Shown: positions 1-12,743, counted from the stretch's first letter. The stretch is DNA of 64,000 bases from Hormiphora californensis (GCA_020137815.1 CM035353.1:744001-808000), one strand, 5' to 3'. The notes: generated by a model not told the origin, from the sequence alone. A program made the numbers and translations.

Positions 1-58
1 AGCTTGTGTATTCACATGGTGTTTATGCAAGTGTTTTGTTACTACACTCTCGACACTA

Positions 59-778
59 TAACCAAATTCGTGTGTGTAACCTAGTTCGTGTAACCTAGTT
101 CGTGTAACCAAATTCGTGTAACCAAATTCGTGTGTGTAACCTAGTTCGTGTAACCTAGTTCGTGTAACCAAATTCGTGTAACCAAATTCGTGTGTGTAAC
201 CTAGTTCGTGTGTGTAACCTAGTTCGTGTAACCTAGTTCGTGTAACCAAATTCGTGTAACCAAATTCGTGTGTGTAACCTAGTTCGTGTAACCAAATTCG
301 TGTAACCAAATTCGTGTGTGTAACCAAATTCGTGTAACCAAATTCGTGTGTGTAACCTAGTTCGTGTAACCAAATTCGTGTAACCAAATTCGTGTGTGTA
401 ACCTAGTTCGTGTAACCAAATTCGTGTAACCAAATTCGTGTGTGTAACCAAATTCGTGTGTAACCTAGTTCGTGTAACCTAGTTCGTGTGTGTAACCTAG
501 TTCGTGTAACCTAGTTCGTGTAACCAAATTCGTGTGTGTAACCTAGTTCGTGTAACCAAATTCGTGTAACCAAATTCGTGTGTGTAACCTAGTTCGTGTA
601 ACCAAATTCGTGTGTGTAACCTAGTTCGTGTAACCAAATTCGTGTAACCAAATTCGTGTGTGTAACCAAATTCGTGTGTAACCTAGTTCGTGTAACCTAG
701 TTCGTGTGTGTAACCTAGTTCGTGTAACTCTGTTTATGTAGCCAAACTAGTTCGTGTAACCTATAGTTCACGTGTAAC
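59..778. repeat. Tandem minisatellite, ~14-18 bp units (AACC[AAA/TAG]TTCGTGT[GT]n)
   Basis: Alternating aaccaaattcgtgt / aacctagttcgtgt units with variable GT extensions are directly visible. Confidence 0.95.
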
Positions 779-961
779 CCATAGTTGGCTTAGCCTGAAG
801 ATTGTGCTAGGCAATGCATGAGAGTAGCCTATATAGTGTGTGACTGAAAAAAGGATATAGTAATGTACAACGTGGGGTCCCCGTCACGTCCACTTGCCCA
901 AAATATTTATATCCAAATACTAGCTACTCTCCCCTTCACACTCACACACATACCAGTTCGC

Positions 962-1105
962 ATGGAAATAGCTGACAACCTAGATGATGTCTTGTTATTA
1001 CATTCCGATCAGCTAGAAGATGATGCGGCTGTGGGGCATGAAATATTTCCCAGTAGCACTGATTCAGGCATCTCCCTCCCTTCTGCTAATCCTGCCGCTC
1101 CACGG
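962..1105 (+). CDS. Isolated putative first coding exon (MEIADNLDDVLLL...PAAPR); may be a distal alternative first exon of the GLUT gene
   Basis: CAG just upstream of the ATG, 48 open codons, ends at the donor CGG|GTAAGC in phase 0. GLUT exon 2 (7968) also starts in phase 0. No homology recognised. Confidence 0.3.
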
Positions 1106-1164
1106 GTAAGCGAGTTAATTAAGCATGGCTATAATATAGAGCTACTGCACACAGCAAACCGAGC

Positions 1165-1335
1165 TGAGAACTACCCCCCCCCCCTGAGTCGTGGAGAACT
1201 ACCCCCCCCCCCCATGAGTCGTGGAGAACTACCCCCCCCCCCCCATGAGTCGTGGAGAACTACCCCCCCCCATCATGAGTTGTGGAGAACTACCCCCCCC
1301 CCCCAATGAGTCGTGGAGAACTACCCCCCCCCCCC
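1165..1335. repeat. ~30-bp tandem repeat containing a poly-C tract (GAGTCGTGGAGAACTA-Cn-AT)
   Basis: About 5 units. The last unit is split by the 1336-2175 insertion and resumes at 2176 (Cn-AATGAGTC). Confidence 0.85.
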
Positions 1336-2175
1336 CCCGGTGCCCAGATATTGCAAATACCCAAGAGATTAATGCCCTTAATTTGGCAGCAAATTAAAGG
1401 CGAGGCAGCATATTGGACAAGCTGCCTAGTAGTCAGCAGTTCAATAAATATCGCTGTCGGCAGTAATAAATGTACTAGGGGCCAGGGCTTAATCTTTATA
1501 AATCATTTAGATAGTTTTTAAAAAAGTGTCCCACCCGGGAACGGTCGGGAATCGAACCCGGGCCTCACGCGTCAGAGTGGAGGCAGCACAGGCAGCACAA
1601 ATTTACCCCATATTTACATAGAAAATTTAGCCTCATTTTATGCAATATCAGTTTTACTTTTCCGGCTATTATATTCGAAGAAGTATTCCAAACACGAATA
1701 TGAAGGAAATAAACAAATTGAACGTCACAAATTTTCTTAATCTTTCTGCTGCCTCGGGTACCATTATTTGCCGATTTTTTGGCTATTCCCGCCCATCTAC
1801 CCATCCAATTTGGTAATATTCGGTGCAGGGACATCCACAGTATCGATAAACAAGTGCCTAAACCGATAAACGGGGAAAACCGGTAAAACTTAGCATGATA
1901 TAGAAGGCAGCATGCATGAGGCAGCACGTATTTAGCTTAATTAAGATAGATCCGTGCTGCCGGCAGCACGAGTTCGATTCCCGACCGGGCCCGGGTGGGA
2001 CAATTTTTTTAAATTTTTTTCAAACTTTATAAATGATTTATAAATGATTTCTAAAAACTTTCTAGACATTTATTTTACTAGGCAGCAAAATCGTCGATTT
2101 TTGAGACAAAGTTAGCAGCATATTTGACTTTTGAAAATCGTATTTATCTAAAATTTTGAAAATCCGGGCACCGGG
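1336..2175. mobile_element. Non-autonomous TIR element (~840 bp) inserted in a poly-C tract
   Basis: Termini CCCGGTGCCCAGATATT ... AAAATCCGGGCACCGGG. Internal inverted repeats at ~1520-1558 and ~1969-2010. Poly-C on both flanks. Confidence 0.8.
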
Positions 2176-2953
2176 CCCCCCCCCCCCCCCCCCAATGAGT
2201 CATGACCTCGTTTTGCTGTACCCTCTGCTCCATTTGCAATCGTAGCAATTGAGCACCCTTGGCCTTACTATTTATGAGTTTATACGTACTGTAGTACTTT
2301 TTAATTTTATAGCACTTTTTATAGCACTTTTTATAGCACTTTTCTGAATTGCTCTCTTATCTTCTGGTTCGTGGTTGTGTTTAAACATGTTTGTGATCAT
2401 ACGACCGTCTGAGTTGGCCGACACGGATTACGTGTGTAGGAAGCACGTGAAGCTAAAAAGTAAAATATAAACCTAACTTGAATCCTGTATTGTATCCTGT
2501 ACTGTGCACATTGTCGACAAGTCGAGTGTCGACGAGATTTAAACAAGCAGTTCTTTAACCTCCACATAGTTAGGGGCATGGGGCTTGAGAATGGGAAAAA
2601 AAATGGTACCAGCCAATTTCTTCACCAATGTGTCCCAAATGGTCCCCAGAAACACCAAAAAGTTTTGTCCGGCTCGGGATGAAGGGCAGAGGGTCCATTT
2701 CCTGGTTTATATGCATGCGCATCAAGTACTGTGAGGGGGGAATTAAAAATCTTAAAAATTGGAGTTTTGGTCCCGGAAAAAGGGTCTACTCCGACCGGAA
2801 ACATCGTGTTAGTGGGGGTAGAGCATGTCAAATTTATCATTAAACCATTCGCTAATGAGATAATTACATAATTAGTATACTAATTATAGAAAAATCGTAA
2901 AAATTGGAGTTTTGGGCACCGAAAATGACTCACCCCGACCGGAAACCGCGTGT

Positions 2954-4440
2954 GTGTGTGTGTGTGTGTGTTTTGCACCGCCCGTCATTCCTCCCACTTT
3001 ACTGCCCCACAATGGTCGGCAGACAACCTATATTAATATCACTCTTCGCCACCGTCCCCCACACGTAGGGATAATGTTGATGTTGTTCCGGTTTGGGTCC
3101 TGGTATTTTGTCGAGCAAGCTCAACATTTCCCTCGAACCTTCGCCGGCATCACAAGAAGAGTATTTGATACAGTGAATCTAATATTAGACTGACATACCT
3201 ATATTGTCAGGACAATGGATGGAATTTACCTGTCTCACAGACTGGTCTTTGGTTACTACTGCTCCAGGGAGCTGTAGAGGTAGGTGGGTTGCCGGATATG
3301 ACAATACCGTGGGTTCACCATCTAATCGGTGACGGCTGAAATATCTTATCACACCTCAGGTCTTTGGTCAAAACCGCTAGCAGTACTTATCAGCATGCAA
3401 CCTGGGGGTCCGGACAGCTAATTTCTTAGCAAGCACAGATAAGCATGAAAACGCTTATGTAAACTTCTGGTGAGCATTTGGCAAATTATCAGCTCCCAGG
3501 GGTTGCACTAATGCGGGGTAATTACTTGCCATACGGCGGAGGTGGCCCTTTGTTATGGCCCAGACCTGCCCTACCTTAATCGTGGGTCCCTTATGATGTG
3601 GTTTTGTTGGAATCCCCCGGCCGTAGCGATTCTTGCCCTGTGGTTTGCTACTTCTTTCAGGTCGGGATGGTTGGGGATGGTTTATTCGAATAGGTTACTT
3701 TTGGCTATTAGTTTGGAGAATTTTACCAAATCAAGTGTGTTGCTTGATCTGTTTGTTAGTGAGGAGGATTGTTCTAGATATATTACAAAGGTAGTATGTG
3801 GCAAAAATTTGGGCAGAGGTTCCCCAGGGGAATAACCCCTATTTTTGCGAGAGAAGGTAACCTCCGTCCGACCAATATGGGATGTTGGACAGGAGGGCTG
3901 TTTTAAAGGCTACAGCTGCCGGGTGATTACAAATCATGGGTTGCCATAATTGAGGGAGGCTAGTTCTCTGGCGTAGAATTTACCCCCATAATTAAATGGG
4001 AGACAGCCGAAGGGTCATCAGGCATGCCTAGTAGGCAGAGGCCCTCGGTGATTACAAATCATGGGTTGCCATGTGTAACAAGGTTACTGGCTGGGGTGAG
4101 ATTATCAGTTCAACCGGGATCCTCACTAAGACTCAGCCCGACGACCGACCGACAAACGATCGATCAACGACTGATATCAATCGTCAACCAACCGCTCATC
4201 AATCGACCGCCGAACCAAATCCCAGCAGGGACCAGCCGCACTGCAAGAGCTCGGTGCCATAGTTGAGTTCGGCAAGGTCTCTGGCAAAGTTTACTCCCCA
4301 AGATTGGGGAGAGAGCCGGTGTGATTTGACCGTAATCACTGGACCATCAGCCAACCAGGTCCACGGCAACGGGACTGAGCTCGAAGAACTCAGCTGGCAC
4401 GAAGAACCTGAGTTCCCCCCGCGAAGAACCTGAGTCCCCC
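2954..4440 (-). mobile_element. ~1.5 kb insertion in the left foldback arm, with an 8-bp TSD and a (CA)n tail on the minus strand; possible non-LTR retroposed element
   Basis: CCGCGTGT at 2946-2953 and 4441-4448. (TG)n at 2951-2970. The mirror arm (6405-6425) is uninterrupted. No recognisable ORF. Confidence 0.7.
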
Positions 4441-4574
4441 CCGCGTGTTAGTAGGGGTAGAGCAGGTCAAAATTACCCTCAAACCATTTGCTGATGAGAT
4501 AATTACATAATTAGTCGACTAATTCTCGAAAAATCGTAAAAATTGGAGTTTTGGACCCGGAAAATGAGCGTACC

Positions 4575-6275
4575 TGATACCCCTCAGACCCTACTAGATA
4601 CTCATCTGACCCTCCCAGGAACCCCTCTGACCCTCCCAGATAACCCTCTGATCCTCCCAGATACCCCTCTGACCCTCCCAGATAGCCCTCTGACCCTACT
4701 AGACACCCAAAGACCCTCCCAGATAGCCCTGTGACCCTCGCAGATACCCCTCTGATCCTCCCAGATACCCCCTGATCCTACTAGATAGCCTTAGACCTTC
4801 CCAGATAGTCCGCTGACCCTCCCAGATACCCCACTGACCCTACTAGATACCCATCTGAACGTCCCATATATACCCCTCTGACCCTCTGACCCAACCTGAT
4901 ACCCCTCTGACCCAACCTGATACCCCTCTGACCTTATTAGATATCCTCTGACCCTCCAAGATAACCCTCTGACCCTCCCAGATAACCCTCTGCCCTTCCC
5001 AGATACCCCTCTGACCCTCCCAGATAGCCCTCTGACCCTCCCAGATACCCCACTGACCCTACTAGATACCCATCTGACCGTCCCATATACCTCTCTGACC
5101 CTCCTGGATAGCCCTCTGACCCTCCTATGATATCCCTCTGACCCTCCTAGATATCCCTCTGACCCTATTGAATACCCTAAGACCCTCCCAGATACCCCTC
5201 TGACCCTCCCAGATAGCCCTCTGACCCTACTAGATACCCTAAGACCCTCCCAGATAGCCCTCTGACCCTCGCAGATACCCCTCTGATCCTCCCAGATAGC
5301 CTCTGACCCTCCAGATACCCTTCTGACCATCCCAGATACACCCTGGGAGGGTCAGAGGGTTATCTGGGAGGGTCAGAGGATATCTAATAGGGTCAGAGGG
5401 GTATCAGGTAGGGTCAGAGGGCTATCTAGGAGGGTCAGAGGGGTATATGGGACGGTCAGATGGCTATCTGGGAGGGTCAGAGGGGTATCTGGGAAGGTCA
5501 GAGGATTATCTGGGAGGGTCAGAGGGTTATCTGGGAGGGTCAGAGGATGTCTAATAGGGTCAGAGGGGTATCAGGTAGGGTCAGAGGATATCTAATAGGG
5601 TCAGAGAGGTATCTGGGAGGGTCAGAGAGCTATCTAGGAGGGTCAGAGGGGTATATATGGGACGGTCAGATGGGTATCTAGTAGGGTCAGTGGGGTATTT
5701 GGGAGGGTCAGCGGGCTATCTGGGAGGGTCTTAGGGTATCTAATAGGGTCAGAAGGGTACCTGGGAGGATCAGAGGGCTTTCTGGGAGGATCAGAGGGTA
5801 TCTGCGAGGGTCACAGGGCTATCTGGGAGGGTCTTTGGGTGTCTAGTTGGATCAGGGGGTATCTGGGAGGGTCAGAGGGGTATCTGGGAGGATCAGAGGG
5901 TTATCTGGGAGGGTCAGAGAGGTATCTGGGAGGGTCAGAGAGCTATCTAGGAGGGTCAGAGGGGTATATATGGGACGGTCAGATGGGTATCTAGTAGGGT
6001 CAGTGGGGTATTTGGGAGGGTCAGCGGGCTATCTGGGAGGGTCTTAGGGTATCTAATAGGGTCAGAAGGGTACCTGGGAGGATCAGAGGGCTTTCTGGGA
6101 GGATCAGAGGGTATCTGCGAGGGTCACAGGGCTATCTGGGAGGGTCTTTGGGTGTCTAGTTGGATCAGGGGGTATCTGGGAGGGTCAGAGGGGTATCTGG
6201 GAGGATCAGAGGGTTATCTGGGGGGGTCAGAGGGGTACCTGGGAGGGTCAGAGGAGTATCTAGTAGGGTCTGAGG
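4575..6275. repeat. ~21-bp tandem repeats in two opposite orientations (core of the foldback element)
   Basis: GACCCTCCCAGATACCCCTCT units at 4575-5340 and their reverse complement at 5344-6275. Confidence 0.9.
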
Positions 6276-7738
6276 TGTATCAGGTACGCTCATTTCGGGG
6301 TCCAAAACTCAAATTTTTACTTTTTTTCAAGAATTAGTCGACTAATTATGTAATTATCTCATCAGCAAATGGTTTGAGGGTAATTTTGACCTGCTCTACC
6401 CCTACTAACACGCGGTTTCCGGTCGGGGTGAGTCATTTTCGGGTCCAAAACTCCAATTTTTACGATTTTCGATAATTAGTATACTAATTATGTAATTATC
6501 TCATTAGCGAATGGTTTTATGATAAATTTGACATGCTCTACCCCCACTAACACGATGTTTCCGGTCGGAGTAGACCCTTTTCCCGGGACCAAAACTCCAA
6601 TTTTTAAGATTTTTAATTCCCCCCTCACAGTACTTGATGCACATGCATATAAACCCGGAAATGGACCCTCTGCCCTTCATCCCGAGCCGGACAAAACTTT
6701 TTGGTGTTTCTGGGGACCATTCGGGACACATTGGTGAAGAAATTGGCTGGTACCATTTTTTTTCCAATTCGGGGTGAAATTTTCCATTCCCGCCCCTAAC
6801 TAACAGTGGAGTCCACTTCTGCAATCCTAGTAGGATTTCAGGGCGGGTTTGGCTTTCCTAGATTGATCGGGCTTTTTTTGATCTGGCTTTTTAGCCATTT
6901 TTGATCATGAATTTGATTTAACGGAATATTCTGAATAAGATACTCAGACAGGTATCATTTTATTTTGTGACTCCTTGGTCGCATTTAGAGATTTTAATAT
7001 CCTTCTCAATGCGAGTATCTAGCAGATCAGGTTTCTAAACACGTCTCTGACGCAGCTCCTTGAAACGATGAAATATAATATTGGGATTCCCTTTAATTTC
7101 ATCATAAAAATTGTAAGTCATAGAGGATGGATGTGGTGAATTGACAAAAAGATAAGGTCTCCCTATCTTTATTCAGTGTGGGCATGTCCTGTTTTTGAAA
7201 TAATTCCCTCCGGCTATTATATTATTGTCCCAGCTCTCATCTCGGGCTCGTATCAAACTTTAATGCTACCTGCAGTTCAGTTAGTTTCCCAGCTCACAAT
7301 ATGTCCTAGCTAGGATATAGATACTTCGAGAAGGGTCATATTGTGATCTGGGAAACTAACTGAACCAGGCCTAGTCCTCTTTGCATTTGGAGTGTGAGCT
7401 ACACAACGTTCTCCTAGTCGTTTTGTCATACTCTTTAGTGAGGTCGAATTAGAGTACCTCAATAACTTTCGAATTTGGGTACCTAGTTGAGATCCTGTGC
7501 TCGATCCGGGGTGGAGAGCCAAACTAGTATACTAGGTCCCTCAATAACCCAACAGTTTATGAAGGACTCATTACAGCTAGAAAATTATGAGATGGGAACA
7601 TCTTAAATCTATTTACCTTTTTTATTCTTTGACAATTCTTTGAAGCCCTTTCCTACCGTGTGTATTAAACTAGAAACCTAATAAGGTGTATAAAGTACTT
7701 AGCTGACCAGCTAGCTTGCTGTATTCGAGTTGATCAGT

Positions 7739-10700
7739 ATGGTTATAATGGATTCCATACTAGCTGTAAGTGGTTGTATTTGATTGAAATCATTCATCGT
7801 TAATTGCTATGTGATACTTGTCTTACCGATTTAATGGGGTCATAACACATGCTGCTAATTTATATCTACCTCCGTATTTTCACCCTCTCTACCTCGTGCT
7901 TCCTATAAAGCCAGCTCATAATTTGTAAAAACTCACAATGTTATGTTGATGCGTGTTATGTTTTCAGGTGCGGAACGGTCGGACCTGGACATGTTCCCTG
8001 ATACTTTCCATATCAGTTGCCATCATTGGGTGCTCCTTCCAGTTTGGATTCCAGACCGGTGCCATGGGTACGTGCCATCTATAATAGTTGGGATTGTGGG
8101 GGTGGGGGTGTGCCATGGGTACTTGAACTAGAAGTAGATGGCATGGAGGCTAAATAACTGTTCAATTATGTTTCGTTAGATTGCCCTGACCTAATCCAAC
8201 ACCGGGGTAAACACATTGTTTATGACAGCTCACTTATAGATAAGATCCTAACTTCACAGACCTTTTCCCACTAGGTATGACGCAGAGCTTCCTCAAGAAT
8301 GCCACAAGGTTTAATGCCACAGACGAGGTAGCTGCACTATGGGTCAGTGGGCTGCCCATTGGTGGCCTTGTTGGAGGTCTCTCGGCTGGCATCATCGCAG
8401 GTATACAGCCATTGGAACTTTTTACATACTTAGTTTTACTGGAAAATAATCTCCAAATATCTCCCTTCCCTCCGTTTAGATACAGTTGACAGCTCCTACC
8501 AAACCTCCCAATCCTTTAGATACAGCATTGACAGCTCCTACCAAACCTCCCAATCCTTTAGATACAGTCGGCCGGAAGAAGTGTATGCTCCTTAATAACA
8601 TTCCTTTATTAATCGGAACAGCACTGATGGCATTTGGAGTTAACAGTTGGGTGTTTCTGGTCGGGAGGATCATCGCAGGCTTTGCGTGTGGTAAGTGTGC
8701 AGCATGAACCGACCGAATCAGGAAATACTGGTCCCTGATTGGCTGATAACCAGTCACGTGACCTAAATAACGAGTTCTGGTTGGCTGTTTACTTGTTTCG
8801 GTCGGTTCCTGGTAAGTGTGTAAACATTGTGGAGCTTTGGAAATTGTAAGATGCATGATCACCCAATCTCCCCAGCCCCGATTCATTCTACCCCCCTCTC
8901 TCTCTCTTTCCCTTGGTAATGAAATTCCCCCTCTGCGCTAGCTCACGGAGGGGTAATAATATCGCTTGTACGGCGGGAAAAAAATTCCTGTGTCCAAACT
9001 ACAAAACAGAAAGTTCTAATTTTTTGAACATACCGAGGAAATTGTCTGAGCTACCATTACATACCGGAATTTTTCGATATTTTGGCCATTAACACTGTTT
9101 TTGTTTTTGGAAAACTATGAAGATGCTGGAATTTGGCTACAAAAACCTTCAGAAATGTGCAAAATGCCATTCCAAAGGTATTAGAGGTGGATTCATTGAT
9201 AACTAAGCTATAGTCGAGTCAGAAAAAATTCCACAAGATTGGAATTTTATGCCCATATAAGGAGTTATGCGACACACCTCTGTTGTTAAACATGCGGTGT
9301 AATCGCTACCGGTCGTTACTTTCTGTAGAATTCAGGTCCTGGTTACTATACAAACTAGTACCATACGTTTTAGATAGGTTTTAGACAAGTTTTCGATAAC
9401 TTTTTATGAGAAGGTCCCGTAAATTTTCATTTTTAGGTAGGCGGTATTGTCACCCCTATATGCAATAATAGGGGTGACTTCGTAACCAACTCTTTCCCCT
9501 TCTCTGCAGGTGCGGGGGTCGCGCCAGGTGTCTATGTTACCAAGATTCATTCTACCCCCCTCTCTCTCTTTCCCCTTCTCTGCAGGTGCGGGGGTCGCGC
9601 CAGGTGTCTATGTTACCAAGATTCATTCTACCCCCTCTCTCTTTCCCCTTCTCTGCAGGTGTGGCAACAGGAGTGGCTCCCATGTACATATCAGAGATAT
9701 CCCCTGTATCGGTTAAAGGAGCAGTTGGTGTGTCCCATCAGTTCATGATAACTTTCGGAATTCTCGTTGCTTTCGGACTTGGATATGGAAATGTGAGTTG
9801 TACTTACTGAAATATAACTTCGAACGGAACCAGCCATGCTGCTCCTGTCGAGGTGAAACTTAAAAACACAAACTGCATCATATAACTTCGAAATCATGAA
9901 ATTATATTTTTGTGGAACTTTAATAACGTGTATATTTCAGTTGCTCAACTCATTCTCAAGTTATTGGCATCTATACTTTGCCTTTCCTCTCCTCCCCGCC
10001 GCATACCAACTTGTTTTACTCATGTTCTGTCCGGAGTCGCCCAACTGGCTGTACTACAACCGTGAACGGGAGGACCTCGCACGGGCTGGTAAATATATGT
10101 ATATTAGCGGGCGATTTGTCTGGTATACCCCGCCCTTTGGTCGGGTTTTATACCATATATCTAGCTCGGGCTGGTAAATATCTAGTGAACTAATTGATGT
10201 AGGTTGTACTTTTAGTGTAGGTTGGGCCGTTGGGGTGTAACTCAACAAGGTCTTGTAGGGTCATCGAATATAATATCACTATAATGATTGATGAGAATGG
10301 TACCAAACTATGATTGCCCAACCCCCTGTCCCTTCATCATTTGTGTCCCCTCTCTACCTCTCTAACGGCCCTACTTCAGCACTAACCAAGTTTGTGTCCC
10401 CTCTCTACCTCTCCTAACGGCCCTACTTCATAGCACTAACCAAGTTGAGGGGAAGTGCTGAGAAAGCAGATGAAGAGATAGATGTGATGATCAAGGAGAG
10501 AACAGCCAAGGGTGACTCTGTTATGGTGACATGGGGTGAATTGTTTTCTAGCCCTAACCTACGATTAGCACTGTTTATTGGACTTGGACTGCAGTGTGCC
10601 CAGCAGCTTAGTGGCATTAATGCTGTGAGTATTTGAAAACACCCTGCACAGGTTAGGTTTTTAGGCCCGGAACAGATCCAACGTATTCCTATGCCTTTTT

Positions 10701-12171
10701 GTCTCAGATAAGATAAGACTGTCCTCTCTGCTGCACTGTGATTCCACATAGTATTACAGTTCTGGCAAATGCAGCTTTTCAACCAGATACCATTTCAGAT
10801 CCTCAATTACGCCCCGGAGATATTCAAAAGTGCTGGTTTTGACAATGCAGATCTGGCGACCGTTATTACCGGTGCTATCAACGTTGTAATGACATTCATA
10901 TCGGTTAGTGCAGAAGGGGTGAGAGTTGCTTCGCGCGGCTAGTGTAGGGGTGACTGCGTCACCAAGGGTGAGAGGGGGTTGTAAGTGCGGTATCACTATT
11001 GGGATTATATATACGTCCAAGAGTTCTGTAGATTGGAGAATATAGAATTAGAAAGACAGTATAGGAGAGTTGAAAAGAGTTCTCAACCAGCCATTCACCA
11101 TGATGATTCTCATTATATTGATTCTCATAGTGTTCTCCATATATAATACCGACCCTCCCCCGCCATATATAATACCGACCCTCCCCCGCCATATATAATA
11201 CCGACCCTCCCCCGCCATATATAATACCGACCCTCCCCCGCCATATATAATACCGACCCTCCCCCGCCATATATAATACCGACCCTGCCCCGCCAGGTGC
11301 CCCTGATGATTCTCATATCGATTCTCATATTGTTCTCCATATATAATACCGACCCTCCCCCGCCAGGTTCCTCTGATGGACAAGTTAGGTCGGCGGACCC
11401 TAATGTTACTGGGTCTGGGTGGTATGGTTGCCTCGTATGTAGGTGTGGCAGTAGCACAGCACATTCATGCTGCATCCCCAGACCAGGAATGGACCTCGCC
11501 TCTATCCGTGGTTACTACCCTAACTTTCATTGTCTCCTTTGCCATTGGGCCTGGTAGGTACCCTAGCTCTGTCAGGCCAATGCTCTAGGACAGCCCCAGA
11601 TCTTTGTCTGTATGGCGGCGTCCACCCTTTTTTATTGTTCTTGAAAGTGAGTTTATATAGGTGATCAGATCGCCAAACAACTTCCTAACCCATTGCAACA
11701 CACAGGGTCCATTCCATGGCTCATTGTAGCTGAGATCTTCACCTCTGACTCCCGGGGTAAGGCGAGCAGTTTGTGTGTGGGTGCCAACTGGATCTGTAAC
11801 CTGACCGTGTGCATCACCTACAAGTACCTTGATGTAAGTGTAGGAAATTGTACTAGGTTAAGTCAAACTACATTAGGACTGACTACTACACTGACCGGAT
11901 AATATCCAGTTAATAGTTCTGTCAAGCCAATGTTCTGAGAATAGGGTTAGGCCAAAGCTCTGACAGATATATATAGTGAGCTATACTGACAATGAATTTC
12001 TATCTTCAGAATGCTCTAAAGCCCAACACGTTCTTCCTCTACACTGGAATCTGTGTGTTCTTCCTAATCTTCACCATGCTCTTTGTACCTGAAACACGGA
12101 AGAAACCTGTTGAACAGATTTGCAGGGAGATAAAGGAGCAGTCCCTCAAATGCCCTCCCACCGTCTTCTAA
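7739..12171 (+). CDS. SLC2A: Facilitated sugar transporter, class I GLUT/SLC2A-like (MFS sugar porter); multi-exon
   Basis: Spliced exons give SFQFGFQTG, VGRKK, GRIIAG, PMYISEISP..KGAVGVSHQ, CPESP, QQLSGINA, DKLGRR, GPG/SIPW, VPETR. ATG at 7739 with donor GTAAGT at 7766; stop TAA at 12169-12171. Confidence 0.93.
8707..8811. mobile_element. ~100-bp interspersed palindromic element (GGAACCGACCGAA...TTCGGTCGGTTCC family), copy 1
   Basis: Near-identical to copies at 33396, 34667 and 45333. Contains CACGTG and ATTGG motifs. Confidence 0.9.
8913..9489. mobile_element. Non-autonomous element with a 9-bp TSD (Mutator-like MITE) in a GLUT intron
   Basis: Imperfect TIR TTGGTAATGAAATTCCCC / GGGGTGACTTCGTAACCAA. 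CTCTTTCCC at 8904-8912 and 9490-9498. Confidence 0.75.
11100..11376. repeat. 26-bp tandem repeat derived from a GLUT 3' splice acceptor (ATATATAATACCGACCCTCCCCCGCC)
   Basis: About 7 copies. The final copy ends CCGCCAG|GTTCCTCTGATGGAC (exon VPLMDKLGRR). Confidence 0.85.
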
Positions 12172-12191
12172 TTTATACACACCTCATCGAT

Positions 12192-12318
12192 ACAGTCAGA
12201 TTTACGGAGATGCTCGGGGGAAAGGGTTTCGCCCGGTAAATCGGGTGCCCGGTATATTGGGGTGAAAATTTCCTATACTTTGGAAACTTTATCCTCCCGG
12301 TAAATCGGGGTTCGACTG
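12192..12318. mobile_element. Short MITE family (TACAGTC...CCCGGTAAATCGGGG...GACTGTA; Tc1/mariner-like ends)
   Basis: Related copies at ~25085-25144 (partial), 26112-26215, 28792-28862 and 39465-39552. Confidence 0.75.
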
Positions 12319-12743
12319 AACAACAGTACAACACGTGATCGGCTTACACACCCCTTACTCAATAATTTGCAAATACATAATCATATGGATCAATGCATTG
12401 TATTGACCCACGTACAGTTCCTGGTAGCACTGCAGGCACACCGTGTGGTGCGAGGCTTAGATATGAATATGTTGATGATCTATTAGACCTTTTTTTGTTC
12501 CACTATATCAATATCTGTATCATACACGATTAATGAGTTTGGATTTGACAAGTGTTATGTATTGTGCGTGTCTACTAGTTGATTTCCCATTGAATTGAAA
12601 TTGGTGTACTAAAGTGTGTCTCTGTTTTAGATTAACTTTTATCTTCCCGCTTGTAACTCAGTTTTATGGGTGGAATTTGATTATTGGCGGGTGATCTGCA
12701 CACGATACAAGAGGTATCAGCTGGATAGATGAAATAAAGGACA

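Larger units (their letters stand above)
2567..6802. mobile_element. Foldback-type long-inverted-repeat element with inner ~21-bp tandem arrays
   Basis: Termini TAGTTAGGGGC / GCCCCTAACTA. 2592-2953 plus 4449-4590 is the reverse complement of ~6265-6767. The inner repeat (CCCTCCCAGATACCCCTCTGA) switches orientation at ~5343. The TSD can be read as TA or ACA. Confidence 0.9.

Noticed and set aside
1525-1600. Functional tRNA gene
   Set aside because: Only an anticodon/T-arm-like half is present; no D-arm or acceptor-stem pairing could be built.
2622-6824. Duplicated ORFs (MCPKWSPETPK.../MINLTCSTPTNT...) as genes or a transposase
   Set aside because: Mirror translations of the foldback arms; no transposase motif seen.
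8180-8207. Possible 27-nt micro-exon in GLUT intron 2
   Set aside because: AG/GT borders keep the frame, but it is not needed for the alignment and has no supporting homology.
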